Shown: positions 22,027-32,943, numbered from the stretch's first letter. The stretch is 64,000 nucleotides of DNA from an uncultured Haloferula sp. (GCA_965652295.1 CBFGTS010000003.1:96001-160000); one strand, 5' to 3'. Notes: generated from the letters alone by a model not told the origin. Program-made: numbers and translations.

Positions 22027-22108
22027 AGGATATGTGGTTTGTTGATCGTCAGTTTCTGATTGGTTCCGGCGCCCACCTGTCGACGCGGAAAATGGTCGGC
22101 GGATTCCG

Positions 22109-23245
22109 TCATTGCCCCTCGGGAAGCTCCATGTTCCGGAGCATGATGACCGAAAGATCCTCGCTTGGCCCATAGGGTTCCCTGCGCGACACCGCGCCGC
22201 CGGTATCCCACAACACGGGGACCATTTTCCGCTTCAGGGCGGCGCTGAACACCGAGACCGTCCACCGAAGCCGCGATTCTTTCTCCCGAGGCGCGCAAAC
22301 CGCGAACTCCCCGATGAAGACCGGAACCTTGTGACGCTCGGACGTCTCACTCAACTTGTCGAAAAGCTCCGTCAGCTCGTTCACGTCCTTCTCGTTGCCC
22401 CACGTCAGCTGCATTTTCCCCCAGCTCTCGTCCTTCTCCATGCCTGCGAACGGCCATGGCTGGTAGTAGTGGATCGAGAGAAACAGCCGGTCCGGAACCG
22501 AATCCTTCGGCAGCCGGTATTCCCTCAGACTGGTCATCTCGATGTCCGTCTTGTAGCCGGGGATGATCAGCAGGCGCCGCGGGTTGTTGCCGCCGGTCCG
22601 GCGCACGGTATCGATGAAAATCTGGTTCGCCCGCGTGAGCGCGGCGTATGCCTTCCTGGTCGATCCCTCGTTCTCGAAATTCGTCTCCTCGTTGATCGCC
22701 TCGAAAATGAGTTTCTCGTTCTTGTCGGCGTAGTGCCGGGCGATCTGGCCCCAATACGAGCGGAACTTCTTTTCCGCCTCCTTACTAAAGGTGTGGTAGG
22801 TGTCCGGGTAGCGCTCCTTGTTGCCGGAGTCGATCCAGCCTTCATCCCAATGGATGTTGATGACGCAGAACATCCCGGCGTCCAGAATCCATCCCACCAC
22901 CTCGTCGATCCGCTGGAATTTTTCCCGCGTGATCCGCCCGTTCTCGGCGTAGGTGTCCCAGGCGACGGGGAGCCGGATGGTCTTGAACCCGAGTTCGGCG
23001 AGGCTGTCGATGTAGTCCTTCGTGATGATCGGACTCCCCCAACCTGTCTCCCAGCGGGTGGTGTTCTCGAAGGTATTGCCGATATTGATACCGGGCGTCA
23101 TTTGCCCGACCGCCGTCCAGGCATCCAGCGGCTTCATTTTCTCCGGCCGGGCCCCTGCCCCGGCAGCGGCGGAGAGGGCGAAGGCAACGAACGCCAGCAG
23201 GAAGCCAACGAGACGACAAACGGTGAAATGGAAACGGCGGGTCAC
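22109..23245 (-). CDS. GH5 (probably GH5_4) endoglucanase
   Basis: GINIGNTFE, INIHWD, FEAINE, FIGEF and VLWDTG motifs; GTG start and signal peptide. Confidence 0.9.
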   Translation of the reverse strand: MTRRFHFTVCRLVGFLLAFVAFALSAAAGAGARPEKMKPLDAWTAVGQMTPGINIGNTFENTTRWETGWGSPIITKDYIDSLAELGFKTIRLPVAWDTYAENGRITREKFQRIDEVVGWILDAGMFCVINIHWDEGWIDSGNKERYPDTYHTFSKEAEKKFRSYWGQIARHYADKNEKLIFEAINEETNFENEGSTRKAYAALTRANQIFIDTVRRTGGNNPRRLLIIPGYKTDIEMTSLREYRLPKDSVPDRLFLSIHYYQPWPFAGMEKDESWGKMQLTWGNEKDVNELTELFDKLSETSERHKVPVFIGEFAVCAPREKESRLRWTVSVFSAALKRKMVPVLWDTGGAVSRREPYGPSEDLSVIMLRNMELPEGQ

Positions 23246-23310
23246 AACGGGAGCCCGAACGCTAACAACCCGCTTCCCGCTCCGCCACCGGTCAGGTTCG
23301 GGACATTGAT

Positions 23311-23328
23311 CTCCCCCAAATCAGGGAA
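23311..23328. promoter_or_regulatory. Candidate CAZyme-regulon box
   Basis: CTCCCCCAAATCAGGGAA, about 65 bp upstream of GH5, inside an imperfect inverted repeat at 23269-23353. Confidence 0.55.
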
Positions 23329-23389
23329 GCACCGGCGGCAGGAGCGGGGCGGGCCATGAAGAAGGAGTTGGGCTGTCGCCAGCAGCCCC

Positions 23390-25027
23390 TCAGGATTCGA
23401 TCTCAAGCGCGAAGGCGATTTCCCCGTCGAACTTGGCGGGTAACGAAACGTGCAAGCCGTCCGCATCGCGGTCGAACTTCAACGCCCGGCCACCGACCAG
23501 GCGGACGCTGCGGATGTCCCCGGACCACTTGTCGGAGCCCTCCTTCAGCGACCTGACGGTGACTTTGCCGTCTTGGGGAATCTCCAGCACGATGGCATAG
23601 AGCGTCTTTCCGTCCTTCGATCGGGTGAAGCGGATGTCTTCGGCGGTGAACGGGTGGTCGGAGACGTCCTTCTGACCGTCGAACTGACCTTTCTCGGCCA
23701 CCAGAGTCGAAGGTCCCTCGCCGTAGATCTGCCACGGGCGGGTGGCGTAGATCGCCTCGCCATTGACCTTCAGCCAAGCACCGATCTCCTTGACGATTTC
23801 GATCTCCAACTCGTCGGGCTGCCCGTCGCGACGCAGCGGCACGCTCAGCATGAGGTTGCCGTTCTTGCTCACGATGTCGGCCAGCATCCGCACCACCGAC
23901 GCAGCGGACTTATAACCCTTCCGATCGTAAACACCCCGGTCGTAGTGCCACGACCCGAGGCAGGTGTCGGTTTGCCAGGCCTGGGGCAGGATGTCGTGCG
24001 CCTTGCCGCGCTCGATGTCGTAAACCATGGCCCGGCGCTGCATCTCATTGAGCTTTTTGTTGTTCATCACCGCCTCGGTCCGGCCGTTCTTGTCGAGGCG
24101 GGTGTTGTACAAGTGCGCGGCGAGTTTCAGGCCCACCTCGTCCGTCGCGCCATGGAAGGGCAGCACAGAATCGTCGAAATAGATCTGGTCGGGATGGTAA
24201 TCGTCCCAGAGCTGCCGGGTGCGCTTGAAAAATTTCTCCATGTAGGCGGCATCCGGAACGGTGGCGCCCCCCACGGGATCCCAATCCCACCAGCCCCAGC
24301 CGCTCTGGTCCCCGCGCCCGTGGTTCTGGGCGTAGAGATCCTGCGGATCGAGTCCCTCCCACCACTGGCCTTTTCCATCGGCTTTGGTGAGCTTTCCGTC
24401 GTACGGCACCCCGGCGAACGGACCTTCCTTGTCCGCACCCTGGGACGGCTCATACCACGTCCAGGCATGGGACGCGTGGACGCTGACGCCGAAACGCAAG
24501 CCGTGCTTGCGCGCCGCCTTGGACCAGCCACCGATCAAGTCCTTCTTCGGACCGACGGCGACGGAGTTCCACGGCTGATACTTCGAATCGAAGAGATCAA
24601 GGTTGTCGTGGTGATTGGCCATCGCCATGAAAATCCTGGCACCGTTGTCCTTGTAGAACTTCACCAATTTGTCGGGATCGAAGCGCTCGGCCTTCCAGTT
24701 CCGGATCACGTCCTTGAACCCGAACTTGGAGGGATGGCCGTATTCATCGAGGTGCAGCTTGTACTGCCACTCCCCCTCCTTGTACATGTTGCGGGCATAC
24801 CAGTCGCCATGCTCCGGTTCGCATTGCGGCCCCCAGTGCGCCCAGATCCCGAACTTCGCGTCGCGATACCACTCCGGCGTTTCGTAGGCCGCCAGCGACT
24901 GCCAATCCGGTTTGAACGGGCCGTCTTTGATGTCCGGCAGCTTCAGGGAATCCGTTTGCGCCAGCGCGGTCGCCAGCGAACAGCCGAGCGTCACCAAACA
25001 CCGTTGGGTTGAGTTCAGAGTCATCAT
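23390..25027 (-). CDS. GH29 alpha-L-fucosidase
   Basis: WYRDAKFGIWAHWG, ANHHD, IYFD, DIVSKNGNL and NGEAIYATRPW motifs. Confidence 0.92.
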   Translation of the reverse strand: MMTLNSTQRCLVTLGCSLATALAQTDSLKLPDIKDGPFKPDWQSLAAYETPEWYRDAKFGIWAHWGPQCEPEHGDWYARNMYKEGEWQYKLHLDEYGHPSKFGFKDVIRNWKAERFDPDKLVKFYKDNGARIFMAMANHHDNLDLFDSKYQPWNSVAVGPKKDLIGGWSKAARKHGLRFGVSVHASHAWTWYEPSQGADKEGPFAGVPYDGKLTKADGKGQWWEGLDPQDLYAQNHGRGDQSGWGWWDWDPVGGATVPDAAYMEKFFKRTRQLWDDYHPDQIYFDDSVLPFHGATDEVGLKLAAHLYNTRLDKNGRTEAVMNNKKLNEMQRRAMVYDIERGKAHDILPQAWQTDTCLGSWHYDRGVYDRKGYKSAASVVRMLADIVSKNGNLMLSVPLRRDGQPDELEIEIVKEIGAWLKVNGEAIYATRPWQIYGEGPSTLVAEKGQFDGQKDVSDHPFTAEDIRFTRSKDGKTLYAIVLEIPQDGKVTVRSLKEGSDKWSGDIRSVRLVGGRALKFDRDADGLHVSLPAKFDGEIAFALEIES

Positions 25028-25167
25028 CTTTCCAGTTAATTTTCGAGTGTGGATCCCTCCGCGGGATCGCGGAGAGTTACACGAGTGAACGCCTTCCTCG
25101 TTCAGGCAAACGCGGTCATCCTGAAAAGGAAAATGGCCGAACCCGAACGCCCTCCAATCCATTGATC

Positions 25168-25197
25168 ATCTGCGCATATCCGCGTTCATCTGCGATT
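25168..25197. repeat. Three imperfect 10-bp tandem repeats
   Basis: ATCTGCGCAT-ATCCGCGTTC-ATCTGCGATT. Confidence 0.6.
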
Positions 25198-25323
25198 CTA
25201 TTTTCCTGTTTCAAATCCTGGATTTTGCAATCAGGCGGACACCGACGCGAGCCACGCTCGCATCCGTTCCCACCACGCCAGTTCTCGGCCGCCGACGCAA
25301 TCCGGCGGATGAGGGATTCTGCC

Positions 25324-25341
25324 CTCCCCCGCACAGGGGAA
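25324..25341. promoter_or_regulatory. Candidate CAZyme-regulon box
   Basis: CTCCCCCGCACAGGGGAA, between the response regulator and GH29. Confidence 0.5.
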
Positions 25342-25352
25342 GGCGCTGGCGT

Positions 25353-25970
25353 TCACAACCGGATGATGCCGCGCTTCAGGGAGACCGAGACCGCCTGGGC
25401 CCGGTCGTGGACGCCGAGCTTCTGAAACAGCGACTTCATGTGCGTCTTGATCGTTTCCTCGGAAACGAACATCGCCGCGGCGAGTTCCTTGTTCGTTCTC
25501 CCCTTCGCCACCAGCCGCAGCACGTCGAGTTCCCGCGGCGTCAGGGACGGACGCACCAGCCGGTCCGCCAGACGGGAGGCGATCGCCGGCGGCAGGTGCC
25601 TCTCTCCGGCATGAACCTGCCGGAGCGCTCCCACGAGTTCCTCCGTGGTCGTGTCTTTCAGCAGGTATCCCCGGGCACCCGCCTCCAGCGCGCGAAACAC
25701 GTCCTCTTCATTGTCGTAGGTCGTCAGCACGACCACCTTCGTTTCCCGGTCCCGTTTCAGCAGGGCCTGGATGACTTCGATGCCGTCGCCATCCGGCATG
25801 CGGAGGTCCACCACGTAAACGTCCGCTTCGACCTTCGCGAGGACCGTTTCTCGTCCGGTGCCCGCCTGTCCCACCACTTCGAATCCGGGCTGGGCATCGA
25901 TGATGGAGGCGAGACCGGAACGCAGCGCAGGGTGGTCGTCGGCCAGGAAAACTCGGATGGGGTTGTTCAT
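25353..25970 (-). CDS. NarL/FixJ-family response regulator
   Basis: LADDHP and VDLRMP receiver motifs; LTPRELDVL...TIKTH LuxR-type HTH. Confidence 0.95.
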   Translation of the reverse strand: MNNPIRVFLADDHPALRSGLASIIDAQPGFEVVGQAGTGRETVLAKVEADVYVVDLRMPDGDGIEVIQALLKRDRETKVVVLTTYDNEEDVFRALEAGARGYLLKDTTTEELVGALRQVHAGERHLPPAIASRLADRLVRPSLTPRELDVLRLVAKGRTNKELAAAMFVSEETIKTHMKSLFQKLGVHDRAQAVSVSLKRGIIRL

Positions 25971-27982
25971 GTTGGAAGAGTGACGGAAACTTCGGTGCCC
26001 TCGCCGGGGCGGCTGTCGATCGAGAGGCTCCCGCCGAGTGGCTCGACCCTCTCGTGCATGCCGGTGAGACCGTAGCCTTTGCCGACGCGCCCAGCGACAT
26101 CAAATCCACAACCGTCGTCCTTGACCACGAGCGTGACCCAGTCGTCGCCGAAGCGCAGCCGGATGTCGATGCGACGCGCCGCGGCATGACGCACCGCATT
26201 GGTGAGCGACTCCTGACCGATCCGCAGAAGCGTGCTTTCGTGCTCCTGCCCCAGCGGGCGCGGGGTACCCTCGATGTGCTGCCGGTGGGTGACGTGGCCC
26301 CCGGCCGTTAAATCATCGGCGAACTTCTGCAGGGCGGAGGCCAGGTTCGCCTCGCCCAAGGCGAGCGGCCGGAGATTCCAGATGCTGCGCCGTGCCTCGC
26401 GCAGGCTGTCACGCACCAGTTGGCGCGCGGTTTCAAGGTGCTCCCGGGCGGCTGTCGGCGAAGCATTCAGGCGCTCACGGACGCATTCGAGCTGCATCGA
26501 TACCGACGTGAGCCCCTGTGCCAGCGAGTCGTGGATTTCGCGGGCAAAGCGCCCCCGCTCCGCCACCACCGCCTCATACGCCCGGCGCTGGGTTTCAGCC
26601 TTCCTGCGCCTCCGCAGCCTGCTCCGCTGATAGAGCGCGACGAGAACTACGATCAGGCCGCTGAACACCCACGCCACCCGCTGGGCCGTCCACCACGGCG
26701 GCGGCTGGAGCATCATGATGTCGCCCGGGTTCCGCAGCCGCAGCAACAATTTGTCCTCCTCCCGCAGGGGCTGGAAGGCACCCGAGGTGGTGATCTGGAC
26801 GATCCCGCCGGCGCGCACCTTCGACCCCGGCTTCAATTCCGGTGCCACGCCATCCGTCGCATCAAGCCAGCAGCGGAAAATCACCCCTCCATCCTGCAGC
26901 TCGAAGGTCGTACCATCGACACTATGGTAGGTGTTCAGCACCTCCGCCACGCAGGCAGCGAACTCCGATTCATACTGCGCGTCCAGTAGTTCCCGCGCCC
27001 CGCTCGCCACCGGAATCGGCGGCGTCTGGAGCCCCACCACGCTCACCTTGGACGCCCTCAGGAACGGCCTCATCGTCCCGGCCCGCGGCCACCCCTCGGC
27101 CTCGACCACCGTGCCCGGCGGGCTCGCGGGGCCGCGGGCGATCTGCACCCAGAGCCCCCCGTCGTTGGTCCGGAGGAACATCCCCCGCCCCGGCATATCG
27201 AAGGTCACCACCCCGCGCACCTTCACATAGTCGCTGGGCCCGGGACCGCCCCACCGCAGGAGCTGGCTGGGCTCCACCAGCCGCGCCTCCCGCTCCGGCT
27301 CGGGTGCATGGAGCGGCACCACGTCGGCCGCCGAATTCACCCGCAGGAACCGCCGCGTCATCTGGCGGTTCGTGTTGAAAATCGTCGCCACCACGCCGCG
27401 GATCCGAGCCCGCCGCTCCGCCAAATCCCATGGCACCGCCTCCGGCGGCACCGGCCCGGTCAGGAGAACATGGAATTGACACGAGCCCGCGCGACACTCG
27501 AGCACCAGGTTGCCTCCATCCAGCACCACTTCGTTCACCTCCGCCTCGACCTCCACCCAGTCACAGTCCAGATCCGGCTCCGCCAGCTCCATGCCATCGA
27601 CCCTTTTCGGCACCGGCAGGCCAGGCTCTCCGAGGATCCGGATCACCGGAGCTCTCTCATTGGGACCGGAAACGACGGGCGCATACACCCCATGTTCGGT
27701 CACCCCCCGGACCTCGATCTCCGCGCCCACGTCAGGCCACACCGCATCTGGACTCGCGTGCTGCTCAATGTAGATCCCCCTTTCCCCATCGTGGATGAAC
27801 AGGGTGGAAATGGACGCCCGGCTGAAGATCACCACGCCCCGGACCGAAACCGACAGCCCGCTCTTCGCCTCGTCATAGGAAAGCGACCGGATCTCATCGA
27901 TCCGGGTCAGCTCGCCCGCGGCCTGCCCGATCAGCACCGCGAGCGCGAAGAGCAGCCATGCCGTCCGTCCCATCAATCTCAC
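25967..27982 (-). CDS. Sensor histidine kinase (HisKA_3) with large extracytoplasmic domain
   Basis: ERGRFAREIHDSLAQ H-box, ESLTNAVRHA, DDGCGF and GYGLTGM; TM segment after PPWWT; 4-bp overlap with the regulator. Confidence 0.93.
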   Translation of the reverse strand: MRLMGRTAWLLFALAVLIGQAAGELTRIDEIRSLSYDEAKSGLSVSVRGVVIFSRASISTLFIHDGERGIYIEQHASPDAVWPDVGAEIEVRGVTEHGVYAPVVSGPNERAPVIRILGEPGLPVPKRVDGMELAEPDLDCDWVEVEAEVNEVVLDGGNLVLECRAGSCQFHVLLTGPVPPEAVPWDLAERRARIRGVVATIFNTNRQMTRRFLRVNSAADVVPLHAPEPEREARLVEPSQLLRWGGPGPSDYVKVRGVVTFDMPGRGMFLRTNDGGLWVQIARGPASPPGTVVEAEGWPRAGTMRPFLRASKVSVVGLQTPPIPVASGARELLDAQYESEFAACVAEVLNTYHSVDGTTFELQDGGVIFRCWLDATDGVAPELKPGSKVRAGGIVQITTSGAFQPLREEDKLLLRLRNPGDIMMLQPPPWWTAQRVAWVFSGLIVVLVALYQRSRLRRRRKAETQRRAYEAVVAERGRFAREIHDSLAQGLTSVSMQLECVRERLNASPTAAREHLETARQLVRDSLREARRSIWNLRPLALGEANLASALQKFADDLTAGGHVTHRQHIEGTPRPLGQEHESTLLRIGQESLTNAVRHAAARRIDIRLRFGDDWVTLVVKDDGCGFDVAGRVGKGYGLTGMHERVEPLGGSLSIDSRPGEGTEVSVTLPT

Positions 27983-28032
27983 CCCGGTGACTACGGGATC
28001 GCCGGCCGCAGGTCCAGTCCCTCACGAAGAAA

Positions 28033-30435
28033 TCAAAGCCCGCCTCCGGGCCGGACCTTCCACGCCACCTTCCCATCCGGAATCTCCGACACGACCTTCC
28101 ATTCATTTCCGGTTTGCTTCAAGCGGACTTCGACCGCTTCCGACGAATCGGGCAAGGCGACCAAACCGGCAGCCTCGGCTGGATTCTTGCCGTAGACCGC
28201 AAGCTCCAGCTTCGACCAATCCAACGCCGAAGTGGACTGCGCCAGCCCGATGTGCGGGATCACGCTGCCGCCCCTCGCCAGCACGACCACCGGCACCTCT
28301 CCAGCCGCGATTTCATGCCAGCCTCCTTCGTAGGTCTTGCCCGTCTGATAGTCGGTCCACGAACCCGCCGGAAGATAAACCTGCCGCGAATTCTCCCCCT
28401 CGTGCATCAACGGAGCGACGAGCAACGACGAGCCGAGCAGATATTCATCATCCACCTGCCATGAGCCCGGATCCTCGGGAAACTCCACGAACAGACTCCG
28501 CAGCACCGGCAGCCCGCGCGCCGCGCTGTCGTGCGCCTGCGCCCAGAGGTAGGGCATCAACCGGTAGCGCATCTCCACCACTTGGCGGAACTTGTCCATG
28601 AAGTCCGGGCCGTATTCCCAGGGCTCTTTCGGTGCCATTCCGTGACAGCGCGCGTGCGAACCCAGCACGCTGAAAGCCAGCCACCTGAGATACAGGTCCT
28701 CGCTCGCCTTGCCGACAAAGCCGCCCGCGTCGTGACTCCAGAACGTGAATCCGCTGAGCCCGAGCGAGAGTCCGCCTCGCAGCTCGGCCGCCATGCCGCT
28801 GTCCGTCGCCTCGGCGTCGCCGCCCCAGTGCAGCGGGTAGCGTTGGCTGCCCGCCCAGGTGCTGCGCGCCCAGATGATGTTCTCGCCCGTTGTTTCCCGG
28901 GTGATGTCGGCGATCGCCTTGTTGTAGCGCAGCGGGTAGAGGTTGCGCTCGTGGAAACCGGTGCGGCCCGAGGCATAGATCCCCTCCAGCGGCGCCGCCT
29001 CGCCGAAGTCCACCTTGATCGCACCCACGCCCAGCTTCAACAACTCGGCGATCTTCCCCTGAATCCATTCGACCGTCTCCGGGTTCGAATAATCCAGCAC
29101 CGCGTCCTCGTAAGGCGTCGGGCTTCCATTCCGATCCCGCACCGCGAGACCCTGCTCCACGATCTCGGGAAACAGGTCGTTCTTCGGCACGAAGTACGGG
29201 AGTTGCCATAGCGAGACCTTGAAGCCCTCGTCGCCGAGATCCTCGATCATTTTCGCGGGCGTGGGGAAACGGGATTCGGCGAACTTGTAATCGCAGCGCC
29301 AGTCGGTCTCGAACCAGCCGGTGTCGAGGTGCAGCACGTCGCACGGGATCCGGTTCGCGCGCAGCTTCTCCGCCACCTCACGCACCTGCGCCTCGCTCAG
29401 ATACGTGCAGCGGCTCATCCAGAGGCCGAACGACCACAGCGGCGGCACCGGCGGGCGGCCCGTCAGCGCCGTGTATTCGCCGAGGACCTCCTCCGGCTCG
29501 CCGAGAAACACGAAAAGATCCAGCATGTCAGCGCCCACCATCAGCGAGTTCAGGCCGCTGAAGGTATGCCCGAAGTCACAGGTGACCGGCGTGCTGGTGT
29601 GCATGAACATGCCGTAGCCCCGGCTGCTCATGAAAAACGGGATCGGCTTGTACATCGCGCGGTTCTGCACGCCGTTCGCATCGGTCGTCCACAGCACCAC
29701 TTTCTGCCCCCGCTTGTCCAAGCCGGTGAACGATTCGCCGCAGCCGAAAACCTTCTCCCCGGGCGACAGCGAGAACGCCGCGTTGAAACTGCGCGAGTAG
29801 TCGGACGCGCGACGAATGAACGAGAACGGCAGCAATTTCGAGAAAGTCGTCGCGTGGTCCTTCGTGTGGTCCGTCTTTGTCAGCAGCCGGCCGGCCGCAT
29901 CGCGGAACTCGATCGACCATGGCTTCTCCGTGATCGTGACCGACCCTGCTTCACTGGAGTAGCGGTGACCGCCCTCGATTTTCTCGTGTTTCCAAGAGCC
30001 GTCCTTCGCCACCGGCCCGGCGAGCATCAATGATTCCGGCTCGTTCCACACCGGCCCCGAAGCCATCCGGATCCGCACCGTGCGCGGCGTCACGAACTCC
30101 AGCGAGAATGGCAGCGAGGGATTCGCCTCGTACTCGACCTCAGGAAACTCGTTGCCCGGCGAAGGTTTCAGCGCCGACAGCGTGTTGTCGAACGCATGCG
30201 CGGTCACCCGCGTGTTGCGCTCGTAGGCCACCTTTCCGGTGCCGGTGGCGGGGTCGAACTCCGCCAGCGAATCGGCCAGGAAATAGGTGTGGCTGAAGTC
30301 CTGGAAATCGCCGCTGATGTCCAACGGTTCGTTGAGCATGCGGGGGTGCTGGGCGCAGAGCGGAGCCGCGCCGAGGCCCGCAACCGCGAGGACCAGCGCC
30401 GGCCCCACGGACCGGAAGGGTTTGAGGATGTGCAT
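28033..30435 (-). CDS. GH31 alpha-xylosidase (YicI-like)
   Basis: YKPIPFFMS, WSFGLWMS, IKVDFGE (nucleophile), HWGGD and WSHDAGGF motifs. Confidence 0.9.
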   Translation of the reverse strand: MHILKPFRSVGPALVLAVAGLGAAPLCAQHPRMLNEPLDISGDFQDFSHTYFLADSLAEFDPATGTGKVAYERNTRVTAHAFDNTLSALKPSPGNEFPEVEYEANPSLPFSLEFVTPRTVRIRMASGPVWNEPESLMLAGPVAKDGSWKHEKIEGGHRYSSEAGSVTITEKPWSIEFRDAAGRLLTKTDHTKDHATTFSKLLPFSFIRRASDYSRSFNAAFSLSPGEKVFGCGESFTGLDKRGQKVVLWTTDANGVQNRAMYKPIPFFMSSRGYGMFMHTSTPVTCDFGHTFSGLNSLMVGADMLDLFVFLGEPEEVLGEYTALTGRPPVPPLWSFGLWMSRCTYLSEAQVREVAEKLRANRIPCDVLHLDTGWFETDWRCDYKFAESRFPTPAKMIEDLGDEGFKVSLWQLPYFVPKNDLFPEIVEQGLAVRDRNGSPTPYEDAVLDYSNPETVEWIQGKIAELLKLGVGAIKVDFGEAAPLEGIYASGRTGFHERNLYPLRYNKAIADITRETTGENIIWARSTWAGSQRYPLHWGGDAEATDSGMAAELRGGLSLGLSGFTFWSHDAGGFVGKASEDLYLRWLAFSVLGSHARCHGMAPKEPWEYGPDFMDKFRQVVEMRYRLMPYLWAQAHDSAARGLPVLRSLFVEFPEDPGSWQVDDEYLLGSSLLVAPLMHEGENSRQVYLPAGSWTDYQTGKTYEGGWHEIAAGEVPVVVLARGGSVIPHIGLAQSTSALDWSKLELAVYGKNPAEAAGLVALPDSSEAVEVRLKQTGNEWKVVSEIPDGKVAWKVRPGGGL

Positions 30436-30481
30436 GGGATGGGAAAAGTGCCGGAGCAAGCCGGATCGAAATACGACATAC

Positions 30482-32395
30482 TTAGTAGCCAAGACCGTGA
30501 CCCAGCGGGAACAACGGATCCTGCGGTGCCGCACCGTGCCCGAGCGGCACCTGCTCCATCGAACGCGGCCAGGCAAAGGACAGCCTGCCCGTCGGCTCAT
30601 GATCGCCGAACAAAACATCCGCCACTCCGGTGCCTTCGGTGCCCGGCAGCCATGCCGCCACCACCGCGTCAGCCTTTTCCAGCACATCACCGAGGATCAA
30701 CGGGCGGCCCGAAAGAACGATCACCACCACCGGCACGCCGGCGTCCTTGGCTGCGGTCACCGCCGCCACATCTTCCAGTGCCAAATCCAGGCTTTCCACG
30801 TCCCCCTCCATCTCGGCGTAGGGCTCCTCGCCGACCACCACGATCGCGAGATCCGCGCCGGCCGCCCCACCGCCATCCTTCGAGGACGTCACTTCCGTGT
30901 CCTTGCCAGCCGTCTGCCGGATCGCTTCGAGGATGGTGGTGCCACCCGAGGTGACCTCACCGCGTTTCCCCTGCCAGTCCACCGTCCAGCCGCCGCACTG
31001 CATGCCGAGATCATCCGCGCCGCGGCCCGTCACATGAATTCTCGCCGCCGTGCGCGAAATCGGGAGCACGTCCGAGTCGTTCTTCAGCAGCACCAGCGAG
31101 CGCCGCACCGCCTCGCGGGCCACCTCGCGCCGCTCGCTCGAACCGAATTCCGCCGTTTCCTCCGGTTTCACCGCGAGCTCCGGATTCTTGTCCAGCAGCC
31201 CCATCGCAAGCTTCACGCGGAGAATGCGCGTCACCGCGTCATCGATCCGCGACACCGGCACCTTCCCCTCATTCACCAGCTCGATGAGGTACTTCACGTA
31301 GTCGCGGTACTTGTCCGTCACCATGACCATGTCCACGCCGGCGTTGATGGCGATCTCCACGCACTTCTTGTAGTCCAGCGAATCGACCTGACCGGAGGCG
31401 TTGTTGCTCGCCAGCACAGGCTTCGTTTCAGACGCAGGCACCAGCTGGTCGATCGCATTGTAGTCGGAAATAATGAACCCGGCGAAGCCCAGCTCGTCCT
31501 TCAGGATGTGGGTCAGCAGCTGTTTGCTACCGGTGCATTTCACGCCGTTCCAACTGCTGTAGGACGGCATGATCGTGCCCACGCCGGCATCGATCGCGGC
31601 CGGGTACCCGGCCATGTGGATGCTCCTCAGCGTCGCCTCGTCCACACGCGTGTCTCCCTGGTCGAGCAGCCCGTCGGCGATGGTTGAACGGAAGGCCGTG
31701 CCGCCGTCCCCGACGAAGTGCTTGGCGCAGGCCAACACGTTCTCCCTGCCGCTGAGGCGCTCCCCTTGCAGGCCCCGGACCGCCGCCTCACCGAGAACGG
31801 TAACCAGTTGCGGATCCTCGGAAAATCCTTCGTACGTCCGCCCCCAGCGGAGATCGCGCGGCACCGCCACGCACGGAGCGAAGGTCCAATGAATGCCGGT
31901 CGCCCGGGTTTCCAGCGCCGTCACCCGTCCGATGCGCTCGATCAAGCCGGGATCGCGCGTGCATCCCAGCCCGACGTTGTGGGGAAACACCACCGCGCCG
32001 AGCACGTTGTTGTGCCCGTGGACGGCATCGACGCCGAAAAGCAGCGGAATCGCGAGGCGGGTCTCGAGGGCTTCCTTCTGCGCGCTGTCATACATGTTCT
32101 GCCACGACTCCCGCGAGTTCCCACCGTCAGGGTCCGAACTGCCGCCGCACAGAACCGAGCCCAGAAACAAACTCTCGATGTCGTCCAGGCTCTTCAGCGC
32201 CTTCCAATCCGGCTGGGTCATCTGCCCCACCTTTTCCGCGAGCGTCATGCGGGAAAGCACCTCGCGCACCTCGGCATCGCGGGCCGTCATCCACTCCGGA
32301 GAGGCCGCAGCTGCGATCCGGACGGAGAGGATGGCAAGAGCCACCGTCGTCAATCCCGCCGCCATCGCCCGTGTCATATCGTGCCGTTGTTTCAT
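30482..32395 (-). CDS. GH3 beta-glucosidase
   Basis: [29 protein letters not shown] (nucleophile), GEEPYAE and AWLPGTEG motifs. Confidence 0.93.
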   Translation of the reverse strand: MKQRHDMTRAMAAGLTTVALAILSVRIAAAASPEWMTARDAEVREVLSRMTLAEKVGQMTQPDWKALKSLDDIESLFLGSVLCGGSSDPDGGNSRESWQNMYDSAQKEALETRLAIPLLFGVDAVHGHNNVLGAVVFPHNVGLGCTRDPGLIERIGRVTALETRATGIHWTFAPCVAVPRDLRWGRTYEGFSEDPQLVTVLGEAAVRGLQGERLSGRENVLACAKHFVGDGGTAFRSTIADGLLDQGDTRVDEATLRSIHMAGYPAAIDAGVGTIMPSYSSWNGVKCTGSKQLLTHILKDELGFAGFIISDYNAIDQLVPASETKPVLASNNASGQVDSLDYKKCVEIAINAGVDMVMVTDKYRDYVKYLIELVNEGKVPVSRIDDAVTRILRVKLAMGLLDKNPELAVKPEETAEFGSSERREVAREAVRRSLVLLKNDSDVLPISRTAARIHVTGRGADDLGMQCGGWTVDWQGKRGEVTSGGTTILEAIRQTAGKDTEVTSSKDGGGAAGADLAIVVVGEEPYAEMEGDVESLDLALEDVAAVTAAKDAGVPVVVIVLSGRPLILGDVLEKADAVVAAWLPGTEGTGVADVLFGDHEPTGRLSFAWPRSMEQVPLGHGAAPQDPLFPLGHGLGY

Positions 32396-32477
32396 ATCGT
32401 TTCCGTTCACCTGAAAACTCTCGGCAACCACCAGCGCAGAGAGCCTTTCCACCATAGGCTTCGGGGGACCTTATTCC

Positions 32478-32495
32478 ATCCCCCGTTGCAGTGAT
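32478..32495. promoter_or_regulatory. Candidate CAZyme-regulon box
   Basis: ATCCCCCGTTGCAGTGAT, about 85 bp upstream of GH3; 16/18 identical to the 20362 site. Confidence 0.6.
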
Positions 32496-32641
32496 TCTTT
32501 TCCCCCTCCACCGCCACATGATGGCGGATGGACACTGATGAGGAGAGAGGCCGGTCAGTCACTCGGAGGAGGTCGGAGTCGTTCCGAACCACCTTGAAGC
32601 CATCCTTTTCTCCCGGCGGTCACTCCCCCCCGGGGACGGCT

Positions 32642-32812
32642 CTACCTGCAGTCCGGCAAGGTGATCCCATCCACCCAACGGCCTTTGATCAACAGCTCCC
32701 GCATCCGTTACGGAACCCCACGTTCGTTGTCGTGGATCATCGAAAGCAACTGCAGCACGGCGCAGCGGCCGATCCCCATCGCATCCTGATCGATACCCGC
32801 ATCGATGTTCTT
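32642..32812 (-). pseudogene. C-terminal remnant of a verrucomicrobial LacI-family regulator
   Basis: Hand translation KNIDAGIDQDAMGIGRCAVLQLLSMIHDNERGVP*RMRELLIKGRWVDGITLPDCR*; in-frame TAA at 32708-32710 and no N-terminal HTH. Confidence 0.6.
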
Positions 32813-32887
32813 CTATGAATGGATCGAGGTGGGAACTCCGATCAGAAGCGTATCATCAGGAGGATCAAAGCCAGTGATTGTGAAGAG

Positions 32888-32943
32888 TGCCACCGGGGGG
32901 ACTCGAACCCCCACGCCGGTTGCCCGGCAGCGGATTTTAAGTC
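32888..32943 (-). tRNA. 3' half of tRNA-Leu(TAA); att-site duplicate, not an intact tRNA
   Basis: Reverse complement GACTTAAAATCCGCT-GCCGG GCAA CCGGC-GTGGGGGTTCGAGTCCCCC-CGGTGGCA gives anticodon loop, long variable arm, T-arm and acceptor 3' strand. D-arm and 5' acceptor strand are absent. Confidence 0.85.

Noticed and set aside
32888..32943. Intact tRNA-Leu gene
   Set aside because: Sequence beyond 32943 cannot form the 5' anticodon stem, D-arm or acceptor strand; treated as an att fragment.
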